Shown in pieces: positions 1-64,000 of a stretch of 64,000 bases of DNA (positions are counted from its first letter, which is position 1; the number at the start of each line of letters is the position of its first letter). The notes under the pieces were generated by a model. That model was not told where the DNA came from. It saw nothing but the letters and a program-made list of their open reading frames with translations, and ran no database searches. The translations under genes were made by a program, and so were the position numbers. Source of the DNA: the human T2T-CHM13v2.0 reference genome, Homo sapiens; the NCBI RefSeq assembly GCF_009914755.1, contig NC_060940.1; one strand, 5' to 3'.

Positions 1-14
1 TTGTCTCCTCGCAG

Positions 15-25308
<25,294 letters not shown>

Positions 25309-25614
25309 TCCCCTCTTTGCCTTGGACTTCTTCTCCCCCGCGAGTTTTCCCCACTTACTTACCCTCACCTGTCAGGCCTGACGGGGAGGAACCACTGCAC
25401 CACCGAGAGAGGCTGGGATGGGCCTGCTTCCTGTCTTTGGGAGAAAACGTCTTGCTTGGGAAGGGGCCTTTGTCTTGTCAAGGTTCCAACTGGAAACCCT
25501 TAGGACAGGGTCCCTGCTGTGTTCCCCAAAGGACTTGACTTGCAATTTCTACCTAGAAATACATGGACAATACCCCCAGGCCTCAGTCTCCCTTCTCCCA
25601 TGAGGCACGAATGA

Positions 25615-25812
<198 letters not shown>

Positions 25813-25868
25813 GATCTTTCTAAAATACAGTTCTGAATATGCTGCTCATCCCCACCTGTCTTCAACAG

Positions 25869-25897
25869 CTCCCCATTACCCTCAGGACAATGTCTGA
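25869..25897 (+). CDS. ITGAX: ITGAX alternative terminal coding segment (TPHYPQDNV*), reached through an intron at 25298-25868
   Basis: Donor CCCA|gtgaga at 25298 and acceptor tcttcaacag| at 25868 give 1169 aa, matching the longer ITGAX isoform as I recall it. Confidence 0.75.
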
Positions 25898-26314
25898 ACT
25901 CTCCAGCTTCGCGTGAGAAGTCCCCTTCCATCCCAGAGGGTGGGCTTCAGGGCGCACAGCATGAGAGGCTCTGTGCCCCCATCACCCTCGTTTCCAGTGA
26001 ATTAGTGTCATGTCAGCATCAGCTCAGGGCTTCATCGTGGGGCTCTCAGTTCCGATTTCCCAGGCTGAATTGGGAGTGAGATGCCTGCATGCTGGGTTCT
26101 GCACAGCTGGCCTCCCGCGTTGGGCAACATTGCTGGCTGGAAGGGAGGAGCGCCCTCTAGGGAGGGACATGGCCCCGGTGCGGCTGCAGCTCACCCAGCC
26201 CCAGGGGCAGAAGAGACCCAACCACTTCTATTTTTTGAGGCTATGAATATAGTACCTGAAAAAATGCCAAGACATGATTATTTTTTTAAAAAGCGTACTT
26301 TAAATGTTTGTGTT

Positions 26315-26385
26315 AATAAATTAAAACATGCACAAAAAGATGCATCTACCGCTCTTGGGAAATATGTCAAAGGTCTAAAAATAAA
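26315..26385 (+). terminator. ITGAX polyadenylation signals
   Basis: AATAAA at 26315-26320 (overlapping ATTAAA 26320-26325) and AATAAA at 26380-26385, about 1 kb after the stop. Confidence 0.8.
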
Positions 26386-27159
26386 AAAGCCTTCTGTGGA
26401 TATGAGTCCTGAAGGATGACACCCATGGGGTCCCTTTACCACGGTGGACCCTGGCCAGCACTGAGGCCTGGGGCCAGGACAAGAAGTTAACCAGAGTAGG
26501 GTTGTGAATATCCCTCTCTTGGAAGTAACCTGACCTCTTAATCTGCTCACTCCACTCTCAGGGCTGGTGCCGATGGTAAGCTGGTGGAGCTGTCGGGTGG
26601 AGGGGGCATAGAATAGAGAAGGGACAACCTCCAGTGGCTACTTTTCCACCTGGAAAGGTCTCTGGAGTGACCAATACTCACAAGCGTTTCCTACAAGTCC
26701 TAGGATGTGTTGAAGGGCACACTGTCTGCATATAGTGAGTGATTGAAGAACATGTTGGGGTCCCACATTGAGAGCTGCTGCCCACAATAAGGTCATTCTT
26801 GCTATTATGCCACCATCCTGGCATAAAGTTCATCATGGTGCTTGGCACTGAGCTGGGGGCCTCACAGGACAAGCCATTCCTGACCTCGGAGTGACGCCAC
26901 TGCAGCTATCACCAGCAAGGGACCCGGGCCGTGTGGATGTTTCAATTAGAAAAACAGAAGGGAGGCAGTTGAGTGATTTGAAGGGAAGATGGAAAGTGGC
27001 CCTTTACCTCCAGCCAAAAATGTCTGTCCTATACATCAGCAGAGGCTCCAAAATCCCTGTGGATTTTGAAGCTTTTGAGTCCCCAGGATGACTAATTATT
27101 ATGCAGTTTCCTCAGAAAGGGAATCAGAAGATAAGGCTTTGTAAGAATTCAGCCCTAAT

Positions 27160-29682
<2,523 letters not shown>

Positions 29683-29699
29683 CTACCTACAGTGTCTGG

Positions 29700-30730
29700 C
29701 AAATACTATGCTTGAAGACTATGCTGTGAGCAAGATTCCTTTGTGAAGGAACAGCTTGGACATTGTGTATGTCAGAGGTATACAGCAGAATAGCAGTGAC
29801 TAACGCTTGTGTGGGAGAGCAAGCATGTCACCTCATACTTGGAATAAGTCACTGCCATACAAAGTCTGAATCAGCTTTCGTCTTTGTGCAACACATGTAT
29901 GTGGGAGCTTTTCAGCTGCTGAAACCTCTAGTGACAGAAAAGGAGGTTTTGTTGTTCATTTGTAATTAATGTTAATCCTATGAGTGGTGGGAGAGATAGT
30001 GAGGTAGGAGATCAGCAGGACCTGTTTTCTGGTCACAACCCAGCTAATCAGAGCATGATCTGGTCAAGATGGGATGCACTAAAAAAACAGCCCAAACCAG
30101 CAGATGGCCAGGAAAGCAAACTCTCATTACCCTCGCCACTTATTAGCATAAAGACACTCCCACCGGTGCCATGACAGTTTACAAATGCCATGGAAACACA
30201 CCATAGCAACGGTCAGCAAGTTACCTCATATGGTTCTGGAAACTCCCCACACCTTTTCCAGATAGTTCTGAATAACCCACCCCTTAATTTGCATGTAATT
30301 AAAAGTCGGTATAAGTACAGTTAGCCAGCAGCCCACTGGCTGCTACTGTGGGCTCACTGCCTATGGGTTGTCCTGCTCTGCAAGGAACAGCTACCTTGCT
30401 GCCACTGCTGCTTCAATAAACCTGCTTTCTTCCACCACAGGCTCGCTCTTCAGTTCTTTCCTGAGCAAAGTTAAGAACCCTCCCGGGCTAAGCCCCAATT
30501 TTGGAGCTTGCCTGCCCTGCATCAGTAGAATGGGCTAACTACTTATGGTGCACTCAGGCTAAAGAGGCTGATGCTTGCAGGGCAGTATTCACAGAGCACA
30601 CGGTAGTTCACGGGATGCCTCTCACCCTTGACTCAGTGCTTAAGAAAGGAGGGAAAATGGTGAACATGATCAAATCATGGCCATTGCCTATTCATCTTTT
30701 CAGTGTTGTATGGAGGAATAGGCAAGTAGG
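29700..30730 (+). mobile_element. Ancient hAT-Charlie/Buster transposase fossil, split by the MER41 LTR
   Basis: Remnants FVFVQHMYVG and HGMPLTLDSVLKKGGKMVNMIKSWPLPIHLFSVV resemble Buster/ZBED5-type motifs (LLVFVRY; MP..LDSVL...VKMVNFIKSRPLN.RLF). Confidence 0.5.
30000..30524 (+). mobile_element. MER41-family (C/D/E-like) ERV1 solo LTR
   Basis: TG...CA ends; MER41 core aaagacactcccaccggtgccatgacagtttacaaatgccatgg; AATAAA; imperfect 4-bp TSD atag/gtag. Confidence 0.85.
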
Positions 30731-30779
30731 AGATTGCTTTTCACATTAATGTCAAAGAGAAAGATAGTTACTTGGAACT

Positions 30780-31872
<1,093 letters not shown>

Positions 31873-32468
31873 AGCTAAATTGTCTTTAATGTCGCATGTC
31901 TGCAAAAAACACATCTATAAAGCTAGAAAAGTTGAGCATCCAACTTTTTATGATTTAACTCTCATGACCTGGCAATTTTTCTAGCAAGGAGCCTGGGCTG
32001 GTGGTTTTAGGAGAACTGAGTGAAAAAAAGAAATACATTAACTAGATTGGATGCAAAGTGCCTGCTGGTCATGGGTGTTTTCTGCTGGCCCCTGTTCATC
32101 TGTGCCTGTTAGCCCACCCATGGGTGAGTGGGGCAAAGTGGCCAAACTGATTCTTAAGAGAGGCATACATGCAGAATCCAAGTTAGTCATGATTTCGTTT
32201 CTAGTCTGAGTGAATGTGTGTCCAGAATATTTTATAAACTTTATCAGCTCAGAGGGGAAAACCTGTCTCCATACTACGTGGTTTATACAAAGCTGTCAGG
32301 AATTCAGCATGATGAAGAAATGCACAAAACAAGTGTGAACAGATAAGTAAAAGGATCTACTGAAAATCTTCAGGGTAGTATATTGTGTGACAGGACCAAG
32401 AATTTGAAGTCAACATCTGTATTTGTGCCCTCTGGACAAAGGTATTATCCCTGATGATATAAAAATTA

Positions 32469-36240
<3,772 letters not shown>

Positions 36241-36339
36241 ATCTGATCTGTAGTTTGATCTTATTTCTTGCTGAGTAGTAGCCCATGGCATGACTTTATT
36301 ATTTTGGGTGTCCATTCTCCTCTGGAGGGGCTCTGCTTT

Positions 36340-36761
36340 TTGAAACCACACCCTGGCCTAGCTCCCCTTCTCCCTGCCTCTCTGCCGGCTCACATCCACA
36401 TGCCAAGACCTCTGCAGCCATTCTGCTTCCTGTCCTTCCACTCCTGTGGGACCTCAGAGAGCTACGGGGCTCCCTGGGTACCAACTGGCTCCTGAGGCCT
36501 GGGGGAGGGTGGTCTTCTGGGAGAAGGAAGCCAGGTCCCTGCAGGTTGTGGAGGGGGACAGAATGAGGGTTTTTCCCCAGGGTGTTGTTGGCCCCTGCCC
36601 CCACTTCTGTTCCATAATTAACCACGCCCCTCCTACCCACTGTGCCCCTCTTCCTGCTGTGTGGAGGCCCTGAATCATTATTTTAACTACCCCCTGGGAG
36701 GGTGAGCACCTTCTGTGCTCTGTCCCCAACCTTCCACTTCCCCTCAACGCGCTGCTCAGGG
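36340..36761 (+). promoter_or_regulatory. ITGAD: ITGAD TATA-less myeloid promoter and 5' UTR
   Basis: RUNX AACCACA 36344-36350, Sp/KLF CCACGCCCC 36622-36630, AP-1-like TGAATCA 36671-36677, PU.1 site CACTTCCCCT (rc AGGGGAAGTG) 36735-36744; ATG at 36762. Confidence 0.7.
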
Positions 36762-63293
<26,532 letters not shown>

Positions 63294-63762
63294 GTATTTG
63301 TACCCTAATAATATATACCATAGCTCTTGCTGCTTCTCTCAAATCGACTTGCTGGTGGGACACACACACATTGCCACCACTGTGCCTTTCCCCCTCTCCC
63401 TCTAAAAGGAAGGCTTCCTTTTTTAACATGAAACAAATTCTGTCCTTTGTATTAAATGTGAATGTGCTGAAGCAAAGCTGCTACATGGAGATCAAGGCTT
63501 TTCTGAGCACCCTGAATTGGGGAGCTTGTGCCCAACAGGATATGGTCTGTCACCACACAGAGGAAAGGAAAGGTCAGGTTTCTATAAAACTCAGAGTGGG
63601 GCAGAGGTGTGAGAAACTGTTGGGAAGGTCTCTTAAGAGCCTGGCCAAGGCAGCGCAGGAAAGGCAAGTGTAGGGCTGAAGGCAAGAGGGTTCTGCAGGT
63701 GGTGGAGGCACAGGGGCAGGCGAGGCTGGATGCAGAGCAAGGCATCCCATACACTGGGCTGA

Positions 63763-64000
<238 letters not shown>

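Noticed and set aside
30230-30270. MER41 as an intact STAT1/IFN-gamma enhancer
   Set aside because: Neither site fits TTCnnnGAA.

Overview
Human (or great-ape) genomic DNA from the beta2-integrin alpha-chain cluster, recognised as chr16p11.2. The + strand carries ITGAX (CD11c) coding exons 3-30 with 3' UTR and poly(A) signals (15-~26.4 kb), a ~10 kb repeat-rich intergenic region, and ITGAD (CD11d) from its promoter through exon 23 (36762-61963). ITGAX exons 1-2 and ITGAD exons 24-30 lie outside the window. All exons were placed by hand from splice sites and frame, and exon lengths are near-identical between the paralogues. There are about 60 Alus (roughly a quarter of the window), a Tigger1 carrying two Alus and a young 5'-truncated SVA, MST and MER41 solo LTRs, and L1, L2, MIR and hAT fossils. 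The most notable structure is: (1) an inverted, mosaic copy of exon 13-intron 13-exon 14 inside ITGAX intron 9, which could fold back on the real exons 13-14; (2) a fossil exon-15 acceptor plus 11 coding nt in ITGAD intron 14, exactly where an ITGAX-derived tract begins; (3) ITGAX/ITGAD gene-conversion tracts, including a shared G-rich VNTR (7 vs 3 units); (4) a ~420 bp direct duplication flanking ITGAD exons 17-18; (5) a GC-AG intron and an alternative C-terminus in ITGAX. Identity values are by-eye estimates, repeat subfamilies come from recalled consensus sequences, and novelty could not be checked against databases.
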